DNA of 63,902 nt, the filler included, from Octopus bimaculoides (taxonomy: Eukaryota): NCBI RefSeq assembly GCF_001194135.2. It is 5 parts of 5 records of this genome, joined end to end, with 100 filler letters (N's around TTAATTAATTAA, not from the genome) between each part and the next. Parts side by side here need not be neighbours in the genome. Positions count along the whole stretch, not along the records: positions 1 to 28,198 come from NC_069002.1; 4 more parts are not named here. One strand, 5' to 3'. The translations under genes were made by a program, and so were the position numbers. Positions 1 to 13,357 of the stretch are shown here, one piece after another. Below the pieces are notes generated by a model. The model saw only the letters and a list, made by a program, of their open reading frames with translations, ran no database searches and was not told the origin of the DNA. Position 1 is the stretch's first letter. Each line of letters begins with the position of its first letter.

Positions 1-283
1 TATATATATATATATATATATGTATATATACGCAACACATACACAAACACCCATACATATACATATTCAGAAGGAACTTATTTCTTATAACGCAACATAT
101 TTCATGTAACCTTATGCACACATACACAAATATACAGAAACACACACACACACATACACGCACACACACATACATACACACACAGAAACGCATAAATACA
201 CTGGTGTATATATATATATATATATGTGTATATATACTATCTGTATATGTAGGTACAAATCAGTGTATTCTATCTACCTACTC

Positions 284-359
<76 letters not shown>

Positions 360-565
360 GTCTGTTCATCTATCCATCCATATATGCGTACAAATGTACA
401 TACATATAAGTACTTTAACATAAATGCATGTATACACATATATANNNNNNNNNNCACAAGAACAAGAACAACATGAACAAAAAAAATAATAATAATCGAG
501 GCACCAATAAAAATTTCTAACATAATGATAAATAATAATAATAATAAAAAAAAAATAAAAATAAA

Positions 566-623
<58 letters not shown>

Positions 624-688
624 TATTGCAGATGATAATAAATGTAATGGCACAATTACTGTCAACAACAACAGCAACAACAATAATG

Positions 689-752
<64 letters not shown>

Positions 753-968
753 TAATAATAATAATCGACGTAGATTTGGCGGGAATATAGGAGGCCTCCC
801 ACATATTTTTGATGTCTAAACTTTAATGTTTCGCTCTTGTTGTCTCTGTAAAATATTGCCAAACTAATGTTGAAACGATTCAGTTGATTAAAGCAAATAG
901 TTGCGTATTTAAGAACATGAAATATATTTACTTATCTAACACGTCTATATACCATGTGGTAGTACACG

Positions 969-1048
<80 letters not shown>

Positions 1049-1144
1049 TATATACATATGTATATGGTGTGTGTGTGTATTATATATATCTGTATATGGT
1101 GTGTGTCTGATTATATATATATGTATATGCTGTGTGTCTGAGTA

Positions 1145-1178
<34 letters not shown>

Positions 1179-1744
1179 NNNNNNNNNNNNNNNNNNNNNN
1201 NNNNNNNNNNNNNNNNNNNNNNNNNNNNNNNNNNNNNNNNNNNNNNNNNNNNNNNNNNNNNNNNNNNNNNNNNNNNNNNNNNNNNNNNNNNNNNNNNNNN
1301 NNNNNNNNNNNNNNNNNNNNNNNNNNNNNNNNNNNNNNNNNNNNNNNNNNNNNNNNNNNNNNNNNNNNNNNNNNNNNNNNNNNNNNNNNNNNNNNNNNNN
1401 NNNNNNNNNNNNNNNNNNNNNNNNNNNNNNNNNNNNNNNNNNNNNNNNNNNNNNNNNNNNNNNNNNNNNNNNNNNNNNNNNNNNNNNNNNNNNNNNNNNN
1501 NNNNNNNNNNNNNNNNNNNNNNNNNNNNNNNNNNNNNNNNNNNNNNNNNNNNNNNNNNNNNATGATGCACATGTATGTATATTTGTCAAGTACGTTGGCT
1601 CAAAATTTAAACTTATCTTTGAAATATTTATCCTTTCAGTGATTCTACTTAAAATCTGAAATGGAATCTACTCTTCCATCCTACCCATCCCAAACGCATA
1701 CACACAATTCTTCATATACTTCCAAGAAAATACACAAGCACGCA

Positions 1745-1809
<65 letters not shown>

Positions 1810-1820
1810 ACACACAGATA

Positions 1821-2351
1821 TTCTTTTATTCTTTTACTTGTTTGTCATTTTACTGCGGCCATGCTGGAGCACCGCTTTATTAGCCTAACAAATCGATCCC
1901 AGGACTTATTATTTGCAAGCCTAGTACTTATTTTATCCGTCTCTTTTGCCGAACCGCTAGATTACCGAGATGTAAACATACCAAGACTGGTTGTCAAGTG
2001 ATGGTGGAAGAACAAACACAGACACACAAGCATATACATTTATATATCTGAAGAATCTACAAGAGTAGATGCAAGCGCTAATATATGATTTATAAAAACA
2101 TGTGACATATTAATAAAAATCTGTAAATGTACAACCATCCAGATCTCTGAGTACCTTATTTTTTCTAATACATACATACATACATACATATATACGACGG
2201 GCTTCTTTCAGTTTCCGTCTACCAAATCCACTCACAAGGCTTTGGTCGGCCAGAGACTATAGTAGAAGACACTTGCCCAAGGTGCCATGCAGTGGGCCTG
2301 AATCCGGAACAACGTGGTTGGGAAGCAAGCTTCCTACGGCACAGCCACGCC
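1821..2351 (-). mobile_element. Composite tRNA-derived SINE (family A: ggcgtggctgtg head, CORE-like body, internal microsatellite, ...ggtgctccagcatggccgcagt...aagtaaaaga tail)
   Basis: Head, body and tail recur many times in the window. Confidence 0.85.
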
Positions 2352-2851
2352 TATATATATATACATATACATGTGTGTGTGTGTGTGTGTGCACTCCTTC
2401 AAACACACGCATATACCGCTCTTATACGCAGCTATCGTTTTCTCCGTCACCATTCAGTGATTCCCAGTGTTCTACTTCGCTCCGATGAATATCTGGTTTT
2501 CGGGAAAATTTCAAAATGGCGTTTCTGCATATGAATGTACAGAATCATTTCAAATCACGTGGTCTTAATAGTACATATTTGAAAATAGATCTCTACATAA
2601 GAGGAAATCATCATTCTTTACCCCACCCTATATATATTCTTGTTTTTAATTTTCGAGTGGGAACGTTCTAATTATATAAAGAGATATAGGGGCAGGCATT
2701 GACTGCGTAGTTAAGAAACTCGCCAAACAGCCATGTTGTTTTGGGTTCAGTCCCACTGCACAACAACTAGGTGATGTGTCTTCTGCTATAGTTTACACCG
2801 AGCAATGCTTTGCGAGTGAATTTGGTTCACGAAAAATCTTGAAATTCAGAC

Positions 2852-2901
<50 letters not shown>

Positions 2902-3109
2902 NNNNNNNNNNNNNNNNNNNNNNNNNNNNNNNNNNNNNNNNNNNNNNNNNNNNNNNNNNNNNNNNNNNNNNNNNNNNNNNNNNNNNNNNNNNNNNNNNNN
3001 NNNNNNNNNNNNNNNNNNNNNNNNNNNNNNNNNNNNNNNNNNNNNNNNNNNNNNNNNNNNNNNNNNNNNNNNNNNNNNNNNNNNNNNNNNNNNNNNNNNN
3101 NNNNNNNNN

Positions 3110-3173
<64 letters not shown>

Positions 3174-3194
3174 GGTTGAAATTTACAGAACAGC

Positions 3195-3400
3195 AAAAGA
3201 CGAAGGCAGGTGTATGAACAACAAGCAGGTGTATTAGTTTTAACGCTTGGGAAAGTGAGAAAGTCTTTTACGTTTCGGGCTTTCGCTCTGCAGCAGAAAG
3301 GAATAAAAGAAAATAGACAGAGAGAAAAAAAATCTTGTGGATTTAGCGATCAAGCATGGCGATTGGTTGGGAAAACTACTTACGGGACGACAGCCATATG
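3195..3400. repeat. Dispersed repeat, second copy at about 44475-44660
   Basis: Both copies start gtgtatgaacaacaagcaggtgtattag and stay alignable for about 170 bp. Confidence 0.8.
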
Positions 3401-4135
3401 CCTCAAGCATATTTATTTGAACTGGTAACAAGTTCGCACATATATATGTGTGTGTGTGTGTGTGAAATCAAACAAAAAGTAAAAAATGCGACACAGGACG
3501 GCCACATCTGGAACGCCTATGATCACAGATTTAAACCATCAAAGTTGATGTGGAGATAAGCAGCACCAACAATAGTTACAACAACAACGGATGTAACAAC
3601 AACAACAACAGTAGTATGAAGAATCTAATCGAAAGATCGAAAAAAAAATATCGAACAAAAGAAATAAAGAAGAAAATATTGAAAAAATTTTAGATAAAAA
3701 TGATTTCGAAAAATATAAAAAAATTGATTGAAATTCTATTTCCAGAATTTTATGAATTAAAAATTCCAAAAATAAAGAAAAATATAAAAAACTCGATATT
3801 TTTTCCCGATTGTGTTTTCGATTTATTTGATTCGATTTTCATCACTTTCAATTTTTGGTTATAGAAATATCTCAGTTTTATCAATTTGATATTTTAGACT
3901 GAAAAAAAAATTAAAAGAAAAAACACACAAAACAACAACAAATTCAAAAAATAGGACTTGCCCCACTCTCCATTTTCTTCCTCTCCCCCATCTTAAACCA
4001 GATAATCTTAAGAAGAGAATCTTAAGAAGAGACTTTACGATGTGTCTTTTCTGTAACATACATACCTACATGTATATATACCTACATACATACATATGCA
4101 TATATACATATATAAATATATATGTATATGCTATC

Positions 4136-4277
4136 GGCGTGGCTGTGTACTAAGAAGCCTGTTTCCCAACCACATGTTTCTAGGTTCAGTCCCACTGCGT
4201 GGCACCTATTATAGCCTAGGGCCGGCCAAAGCCGTGTCAGTGGATTTGGTAGACGGAAACTGAAAGAAATCCGACAT
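4136..4277 (+). mobile_element. SINE family A head and body
   Basis: ggcgtggctgtg...ggttcagtcccactgcgtggcacc...ggatttggtagacggaaactgaaaga. Confidence 0.85.
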
Positions 4278-4426
4278 ATACATATATATACATACATACA
4301 TACATTCATATATGCATATACATATATATATTTATATATATATTTATATATACACACACACAAATATATATATATATACATACATATATAAATATATATA
4401 TGCACACACATCTCTGTTTGCATATA

Positions 4427-4622
4427 CTCTTCTACTCTTTTACTTGTTTAAATCATATGACTGTGGCCATGCTGGAGCACCGTTTTTAATCGAGCAAATA
4501 GACCCCAGGGCTTATTCTTTGTAAGCCTAGTATTTATTCTATCGGCTCTTTTGCCGAACCGCTATGTTACGGGGGCGTAAACACACCAGCATCGGTTGTC
4601 AAGTTATGTTGGGGGAACAAAC
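4427..4622 (-). mobile_element. SINE family A 3' part
   Basis: Alignable by eye with 1821-2040. Confidence 0.85.
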
Positions 4623-5077
4623 ATCGTATATATATATATATGTATATATGCAACACTCAAACCATTAGGCCATATGCATACATAAACAGATATTTATACA
4701 TACATACACACACGCGCACATGTATGCACATGAGGGTGTGTGCGAGTGTGTCTATTTGTGTATGTATGTGTCTATGTGTTTGTATTTGTGAAACACATAG
4801 ATGTAAATATCGATGAGAAAATCTTGAAGGCAATTTTGTTTTTATCGACCACCAATACCTTCTGTAATATTTGTTCCGCCTGAATTGCAGAAACACTCCC
4901 TTATCACTCACATCACCATGAATCTCTTACGTCAGTGAACTCATGATCAGTCTATCGGAAACCTGTAACGCCAATGCTTTTACATAAAAGAAAAAAAAAA
5001 CGATTTCACGGTGGTGCACCAGCATGACCGCAGCCACTTGGCTGAAACACATAAATAAATAAAAATACATAGATACA

Positions 5078-5235
5078 GGCGTGGCTGTGTAATAAGAACC
5101 TTACTCCCAACCACATGGGTCTGCGTTCCGTCCCACTGTATGGCACTTCGGGTAAGTTTCTTCTACTATAGCCTCGAGCCGACCAGAGTCTAGAGATTGG
5201 ATTTGGTAGACGGAAACTGAGAAAAGATCGTTGTG
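5078..5235 (+). mobile_element. SINE family A head and body
   Basis: Alignable with 4136-4277. Confidence 0.85.
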
Positions 5236-5336
5236 TATATGTATTATATATAACAAAACGGGAATCGGGAAAATTTTATTTGATAAAATTGTTCACCATT
5301 ACACATGTTTAATTTATTAATAGGAATCATAAATAA

Positions 5337-5501
5337 GGCGGCGAGCTAGCAGAAACGTTAGCACGCCGGGCGAAATGTTTAGTAGTATTTCGTCCGTCTT
5401 TACGTTCTGAGTTCAAATTCGATCCATTCGACTAAAACTCATCAAGGTGGTGCTCCAGCATGGGCCCAGTGTAATGACTGAAAACGAGTAAAAGAATAAA
5501 A
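5337..5501 (+). mobile_element. Chimeric SINE: family C head fused to family A tail
   Basis: ggcggcgagc..gcagaaacgttagc...gagttcaaattc then ...aaggtggtgctccagcatgg...tgactgaaa. Confidence 0.75.
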
Positions 5502-5506
5502 AAATA

Positions 5507-5534
<28 letters not shown>

Positions 5535-5542
<8 letters not shown>

Positions 5543-5745
5543 CCCGTCACCACTTGACAACTGATGTCGGTTTGTTTACGTCCCCGTAACTTATCGCTTC
5601 AGCAAAAGAGACCGATAAAACAAACATCAAGCTTTAAAAAATATATCCTGGGATGGATTCAGTTGACAATCACCTTTCGAGATGATGCCCCAGCATGGCC
5701 GCAGTCCGATGACTGAAACAAGTACAAGATTAAAAAAATAAAAAG
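5535..5745 (+). mobile_element. SINE family A 3' part
   Basis: Reverse complement of 4427-4622 type sequence. Confidence 0.8.
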
Positions 5746-5772
5746 ACAGAAACAGTTCAAATGATTATGTAG

Positions 5773-5788
5773 TGGCGCCCTCTGGTGG
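5773..5788 (-). promoter_or_regulatory. CTCF consensus motif CCACCAGAGGGCGCCA
   Basis: Plus strand tggcgccctctggtgg; near-perfect match to the CTCF core consensus, GC-rich within AT-rich intron. Confidence 0.6.
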
Positions 5789-5833
5789 ACGATTAAGACA
5801 AATGTTATAAAAGCGTTTAATTGTAATACTTAC

Positions 5834-6071
5834 TTCAACAACCAGTGAACGGGAGAAAAATGGCTGCCCCTCTCGAATGATTTCAGCATGCTCTTGTCTC
5901 CGGAATATTGGGGCGTTGTCATTGACGTCATCAACATAAATGGTCAGCGGTACCGTGGTTCGGAATCCGCCCCCGTCTCTTGCCTCCAGGGTCATGTAAT
6001 AAGCGTCTCTGAATTCTCTGTCTAGAATATCACTGACGAAAATGACTCCGGTGCTTGCCGATACCTGGAAC
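5834..6071 (-). CDS. Cadherin exon E: (R)FQVSASTGVI...LDREFRDAYYMTLEARDGGG...DDVNDNAPIF...REGQ...SLVVE
   Basis: 238 nt, phase 2 to 0, completing the Arg codon left by exon D; (CT)n..cag| and |gtaagt; LDRE, AxDGG and DVNDNAP motifs; resembles CDH23 EC5 as I recall it. Confidence 0.96.
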
Positions 6072-6078
6072 CTGGTTT

Positions 6079-6135
<57 letters not shown>

Positions 6136-6226
6136 GAAAATTAGACGATAAAAGTAGTTCCTTTATTTAGGATATGCAACAAAGTAATCAAGCTTAATCA
6201 TGCACGCATAAATATATTCATATACA

Positions 6227-6257
<31 letters not shown>

Positions 6258-6679
6258 TGCAAACGATTCTGTAGTACTGTCTTACATCCTATGGTACCTA
6301 CAAAGAGAAATCGCCATCTGCTATAGTTACATTTAATATTAGTTGGTATTTCGAGAAGATAATCGATAAACGAAGAAATATTTAGCTGTTAGATGTAACA
6401 GACCCTTTTACTTCAATACTACTATTTTGTCTTTGGGACCTTAGCAAAGTTCCTCCACCATGTTTCTAATTATTGGACCATTTCTCTGGGTTCATCTTTA
6501 CACAGATGGTTTTCTTTAGTTGGATACCCAGGCTGGTCATTGCTCATACAATTCTTATTAGTGTGAGCTGTGAAACCCACAGAGGTCGTGGATACTGCCC
6601 TCCCTCGCACTAACTTATTAACAACAGTCAGAGTAAGCTTTTCCATGTTGCCTGGGGTAGTGAGATATTCTTAAAGCAC

Positions 6680-7225
6680 GTTTGTTGCCAAATTTCTATT
6701 GAAATAAGCTGCGTTTGTTTCAAGTATTTTTTTTTAAATAATGAAGAATTCAGTATAATAGTTTGCTATTATTAATCTTGTCTTTGGAACTTAAATTAAC
6801 ATGAAATCTTGCTGGAAGGTTAATCTAGATCGCTTTCACCTTTTTTCTTACTATATTTCTGTCGAAGATACTTTGTTTTAATTATTATTTTTAAAGAATA
6901 ATGAAGAATTAAAGGAAACAAAAAAACTCTGTTATTATTAATCTGGTGTTTGGAACTTAAATTCGCATTAAATTTTGATGGCAGGTTTTAATTTACATCA
7001 CTTCAATCCTTTTGCTATCATATTTATTTTGAATATACGTTGTCTTAATTATTAAAAAACATAATGAGGCAATTAGTAAAATACTTTGACATTATTAATC
7101 AGGTATTTGGAACTTTGATATTTTGATGGAGGATTTCAATTTAGATCATTTGAAGCAAAAAAAAAAAAAGAAAAAAATGATGTCCGAGAACCAGGAGCAG
7201 TCTCAGGCAGGTTGGTCACAGAAGG
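6680..7225. repeat. Three diverged tandem units of about 160 bp
   Basis: ataatgaag...tattattaatc..gt.tttggaactt recurs at about 6738, 6897 and 7062. Confidence 0.75.
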
Positions 7226-7898
7226 GAGACGGAACATTTGTTATGGCCATAATAAGCTATCCTATGATAGCTCAGGAAGTACAGAAATATTAAAGTTAGC
7301 TCAAGCTTTCCTCATGTTACCACGTAATGGTATTTCGTAAAGCTGCGGTAATTGTAACGTCATAGCAAGACGAAGCCATGGTATAGAAAAGAGAAGAGAG
7401 AGAGGGAGAGAGGGAGAGGGAGAGAAAGAGAGAGACTTCAGATTAAACACGTACACAGCAACTTGGAAAGCTGAAATTCTCACGTTTATAAATGAATAAA
7501 ATTCTGCTTGAATAATCGCAAAAGAATTACAAGAAATTAAGAAACTAGGTAAGAAAGAAACAGAAAGAAGAAAGTTGAATGTGAATTCATGGAATCTTTC
7601 TAGCAGATATAATTGATGCAGCGACAGAAAGAAGAGGATAAGTAACGGTCGACTTTCACAAGTAAAAGAAGCGAGGTAACAGAAGAAGCACTCTTTAATA
7701 TGAAGTGTTCGACGAGAGCACTTCTGCGTTGAAGGAGTCTATAGGATTAAGTATAACCAGTTTCTGCATACAATCGGTGGCATTCTAACTGTTTAATCAC
7801 TGCCGGAGAGGAGACACGGAGTTTCCGTCGAAGCAGGAATTTGATAGAATTGTTATAAAGGAAGGAATACGAGTAGATGTTTTGATTATTCAGAAAGG

Positions 7899-7987
<89 letters not shown>

Positions 7988-9359
7988 TGTCAAATATTTA
8001 ATTATTTATGCTATAAATATAATTCATCAGAAAAGAAAGTGACGGAATTATCGATAAGAAATTTCTGGCTTGTAATATAGTACGGATACAGTACTGCGTA
8101 CACTTCACGCTTAATAAAATCTATCCGCCTAGCTGGAAGTAGGTACCACAATATGGTATAATTTACTGTGCTCTTTCTATACAACTGTTCATCTACCTGT
8201 AGTAGAGGCCACAGTGTGGCAACATTCACAGTACTGTGACTAGACAACAGTTCACCTAGCTGAAAGTGGTTTAGATTCCAACGTGGTTTAGTTTACTGCA
8301 CTCTCAATGACCAAGACATTTAACTGTCAATGGCTCAGTCTTTCTGTCTAGACTTCCTAGGGAGTAAGTTGGCACCACAATGTGATGAAATATAGTGTAT
8401 GGTGTTATAGTGTATAGATACTATATATAAATACTATATATACTATACTATATATAATATAGTGTATTGTGTCTATGACTAAGATATTTAATTGTATATA
8501 CAGAGGTAATGTTTATTCCCACTTAAACGTGGTTATTCTGTTAAAATAAACTATTCTGTGGGAGATACCATGAGAGATAATCTCATATTGGCTCTCGGTG
8601 CAAAATGTACTCTTGTTTATATCGCTAGCGGGGAGATAAGTCACTGCCACCTCCAGCGAGGAGATCATCAGATCACGTAATTTCGACGTTCTTTGGTCTC
8701 ATCAACGATGGGCGCTCGGCCTCTAGAGATAGCAACATCTATAAAATCGTTCTAAAATTGGTATTGTTTCTGTCTGTGTCCCTATTAAGTCCTCTTCCTG
8801 AAGAGATCGATAACAACAATAATAAAATAGAGGGATTGATATGATCCTATAAAAACTCCTTGGATGTGGTACTCCAGAATGGCTGCAATTCAAGGACGGA
8901 AATCAGAAGAGGAATAAAGAATAACAGAATGGCAGAAAACAAGATTACATCAATGGGGCTATATGCATTCTCTTTAAAGATATATTCTGTCTTCCAATAA
9001 TAAACACTTCAAACTGAACATGCACCGCATAAACCACAACCATTATCCCACTCTTCTTGCCGTGCTGAGTCAGGTGACTAGAAGAGGGAAAGTATGCAAA
9101 GAACCATCTCATTATCCCTTCAGACAATCGATTACAAATTAAACATCGACGACTACGACGACGACGACGACAACAACAACAACAATTTAAACCGCTAAAA
9201 GTAGTTTCTCCTTATCACGTGAATGTTGTAAATAATAACCTGAACTGTGTATTGAGTTTTTATAGAAACAATCCTATAATATAATTATATATCTCCTGTG
9301 TACCTATATATAGATCGGGCTTCGGAAAAATATATATATATACATATACATATACATAC

Positions 9360-9398
<39 letters not shown>

Positions 9399-9857
9399 NN
9401 NNNNNNNNNNNNNNNNNNNNNNNNNNNNNNNNNNNNNNNNNNNNNNNNNNNNNNNNNNNNNNNNNNNNNNNNNNNNNNNNNNNNNNNNNNNNNNNNNNNN
9501 NNNNNNNNNNNNNNNNNNNNNNNNNNNNNNNNNNNNNNNNNNNNNNNNNNNNNNNNNNNNNNNNNNNNNNNNNNNNNNNNNNNNNNNNNNNNNNNNNNNN
9601 NNNNNNNNNNNNNNNNNNNNNNNNNNNNNNNTATATATATATATATATATATATATGCATATATATATATGCATATACATACACACACACACACACATAT
9701 GCGTGTGTATATTTACATATATGCACATACATATATACATACATACGCACACACCTCTATGATATGTATGGCTGCCTGCATATTTCTGTATATAGAAACA
9801 GAAAGCACCAAACACGAACGCAAAAACAATATAGTTCGTGTTTACATTGTACATCGT

Positions 9858-9907
<50 letters not shown>

Positions 9908-10080
9908 CTACTCTCCCTCTTTCTCTCTCTCCAACTAACTACCTATTTCTTCCTCTGTTACAATGACTCTCTCTTTCCCGATCAGTTATCGAACAATAAT
10001 TGTCTCTGTATACGTATTTGTGTTTCCATATATCTGTCACTGTTACTTTATGTGTGTGTGTGTGTGTGTGTGTGTGTATC

Positions 10081-10164
<84 letters not shown>

Positions 10165-10258
10165 CATATATATATATATATACATACATATATATGCACA
10201 TCATGTTCGATGTACATCTGTACGATGTGGAAAATATACCACCAGCTTTGACCAAACG

Positions 10259-10620
10259 ACCTGAACATTAGTTTCAAGGTTCATCCAAGGCTGGGACCAC
10301 GGGCCATACGTCCCCTGCCCTATTCAGGATCACAACATGTAGGTACATTACGGCATAATTTCTTTTCCTCAACAGGCCCTGCCCTGTTTAACATTGTTTC
10401 GAAACAGACAAAAGAGGAAAAAGGATCCTATCAGCTTTAAACGGAGTCTAGACAGATTTCTTCAAGGAATACTAGACAAGCCACCCATGCCTGGATACAA
10501 CTCACTCAATAAGAACTCACTACTTGAATGGACCATAAAGTTGACTGTAAAAATGATTTAGATAATCCTACCAGGTAGGATTACATGGCCTGGACCAATC
10601 TTTGGTCGAAACATATCTAA
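10259..10620 (+). mobile_element. CR1-like LINE 3' end
   Basis: Degenerate translation GPALFNIV...FKRSLDRFLQGILDKPPMPGY...NSLLEW; same family as 58090-58545. Confidence 0.8.
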
Positions 10621-11361
10621 TTTTATCTAAGTTAACATACTTACATACATACACACACACACACACACANNNNNNNNNNNNNNNNNNNNNNNNNNNNNNN
10701 NNNNNNNNNNNNNNNNNNNNNNNNNNNNNNNNNNNNNNNNNNNNNNNNNNNNNNNNNNNNNNNNNNNNNNNNNNNNNNNNNNNNNNNNNNNNNNNNNNNN
10801 NNNNNNNNNNNNNNNNNNNNNNNNNNNNNNNNNNNNNNNNNNNNNNNNNNNNNNNNNNNNNNNNNNNNNNNNNNNNNNNNNNNNNNNNNNNNNNNNNNNN
10901 NNNNNNNNNNNNNNNNNNNNNNNNNNNNNNNNNNNNNNNNNNNNNNNNNNNNNNNNNNNNNNNNNNNNNNNNNNNNNNNNNNNNNNNNNNNNNNNNNNNN
11001 NNNNNNNNNNNNNNNNNNNNNNNNNNNNNNNNNNNNNNNNNNNNNNNNNNNNNNNNNNNNNNNNNNNNNNNNNNNNNNNNNNNNNNNNNNNNNNNNNNNN
11101 NNNNNNNNNNNNNNNNNNNNNNNNNNNNNNNNNNNNNNNNNNNNNNNNNNNNNNNNNNNNNNNNNNNNNNNNNNNNNNNNNNNNNNNNNNNNNNNNNNNN
11201 NNNNNNNNNNNNNNNNNNNNNNNNNNNNNNNNNNNNNNNNNNNNNNNNNNNNNNNNNNNNNNNNNNNNNNNNNNNNNNNNNNNNNNNNNNNNNNNNNNNN
11301 NNNNNNNNNNNNNNNNNNNNNNNNNNNNNNNNNNNNNNNNNNNNNNNNNNNNNNNNNNNAA

Positions 11362-11392
<31 letters not shown>

Positions 11393-11480
11393 TATACATT
11401 ATTTAAAAGTAGCAGAAATATAACAATAGACTGTTACTCGGAGTTTCACGTTCCCCTTCATAGGACAGTTTTCTATTTAC

Positions 11481-11570
<90 letters not shown>

Positions 11571-11593
11571 CTATCTGTCTATCTATCTGTCTG

Positions 11594-11644
<51 letters not shown>

Positions 11645-11833
11645 NNNNNNNNNNNNNNNNNNNNNNNNNNNNNNNNNNNNNNNNNNNNNNNNNNNNNNNN
11701 NNNNNNNNNNNNNNNNNNNNNNNNNNNNNNNTCTGTCCGTGTGCGCATGGGTGTGCATATATCTGAGTGTGCCGGTGCATATGTATGTGTGCGTCTTTGT
11801 AGGTGTATATATTATATACGTATTCACACACTT

Positions 11834-11879
<46 letters not shown>

Positions 11880-12477
11880 TTGCATGTATGTATGTGTGTT
11901 TTGTTTACGTGTGCAAAACATAAAATTGATCTTGACGAATTCCGCCTTACCTACCCCGACCCTTTAAACTACCTCCAGTATTAATCAAGCTGTCAGAGTA
12001 GACAACAAGGTTTCAAAAAAACATACAAACAAAAACCACCTCCAAAAAAACCCCCCAAAAAAGACGAAGAATGGTCACGTGACCTTTAATGCATTTCTGT
12101 TGTTTTAAATCTGCAAGATAAAAGCTGTGAACTGAGATTCCAATAAAAAGAAGAGAAACAGACGAAACAAACAACAACAACAGCAACAATAAAAACAAAA
12201 TCAAACCAGAAAAACAACAACAACAAAAAAAAAAACGCATGAAAAACTGCCTCCAGAAGAAGAAGAAAAGATGTAATGAAGTTGAGGTAGATAGATAGAT
12301 AGAGTGACTGATAGGAGATAGATAGACAGATAGATATATAGAGAGGGAGGAAGGGGAAGGGAGAGATAGAGGGAGGGAAATAGTATGAATGAAAATAAAG
12401 GAAGTTAGTCTTACATACACGTACACATCACACGCACACACACACACAAATATATAATCATATACATACATACATGC

Positions 12478-12520
<43 letters not shown>

Positions 12521-12587
12521 TGTGTGTGTGTATATATATATGTATGTATATATATGTATATATATATATGTGNNNNNNNNNNTATAC

Positions 12588-12618
<31 letters not shown>

Positions 12619-12780
12619 ACACACACACACACCCACACATATATATATGGACATGCAGATACAGACACACGCACTAACACGGTCACAAACACTCACACAC
12701 ACACATACACACACGTTTATATATATGTATACAGCTTTTTTCCAGAAACTACGTCCTTTTAGAGGAAGAGAGATAAACAT

Positions 12781-12817
<37 letters not shown>

Positions 12818-13197
12818 GAGAGAGAGAGATAAAGAAAGAAAGAGGGAAAGAGAGAGAGTGAGAAAGAATTGATTCGTTAGAAATGGAGAGAAAGAAAGGG
12901 ATAGAGCGTGCGCGCTAGCACTTTCTACTCGCTCGGCCCAATATATCATCAGAAGTTTTCGCCCTTTAGAGAGAACTCTTTGCATGCTCGATCTAATATA
13001 ATCTATTAGTAGAAATTATGTCCTGCTAAGAGAGGGAAGAAAACAAAGAGAAAACAGAGATATTTACTTAACTGAATGTATCACCAGAAGTTATTCCCCC
13101 TTTTAGAGCTCTCCCCCTCTCTTTGTTTCTCTCTTCACCCTCTGTCATTATCTCGGCTAACTTGTCTCAATAAAAACGAACAGACAAATAAAATTAC

Positions 13198-13262
13198 CTT
13201 TTCATGGCTCCTTTCAGATAGTAACTTACACGTCCATTGTCTCCTACGTCAGCATCTGTGGC
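13198..13262 (-). CDS. Cadherin exon D: ATDADVGDNGRVSYYLKGAMK
   Basis: 65 nt, phase 0 to 2; ctctttgcag| and AG|gtaatt; ATDxD..G.NG.V.Y motif. Confidence 0.95.
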
Positions 13263-13316
13263 CTGCAAAGAGAGATAGAGATAGAAATAGAGACGGTCAA
13301 TTAGATAGTTAGACAA

Positions 13317-13357
<41 letters not shown>

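Noticed and set aside
3600-3860. A-rich to T-rich switch with spaced atcga motifs, possible foldback
   Set aside because: Arms too degenerate and low in complexity to support
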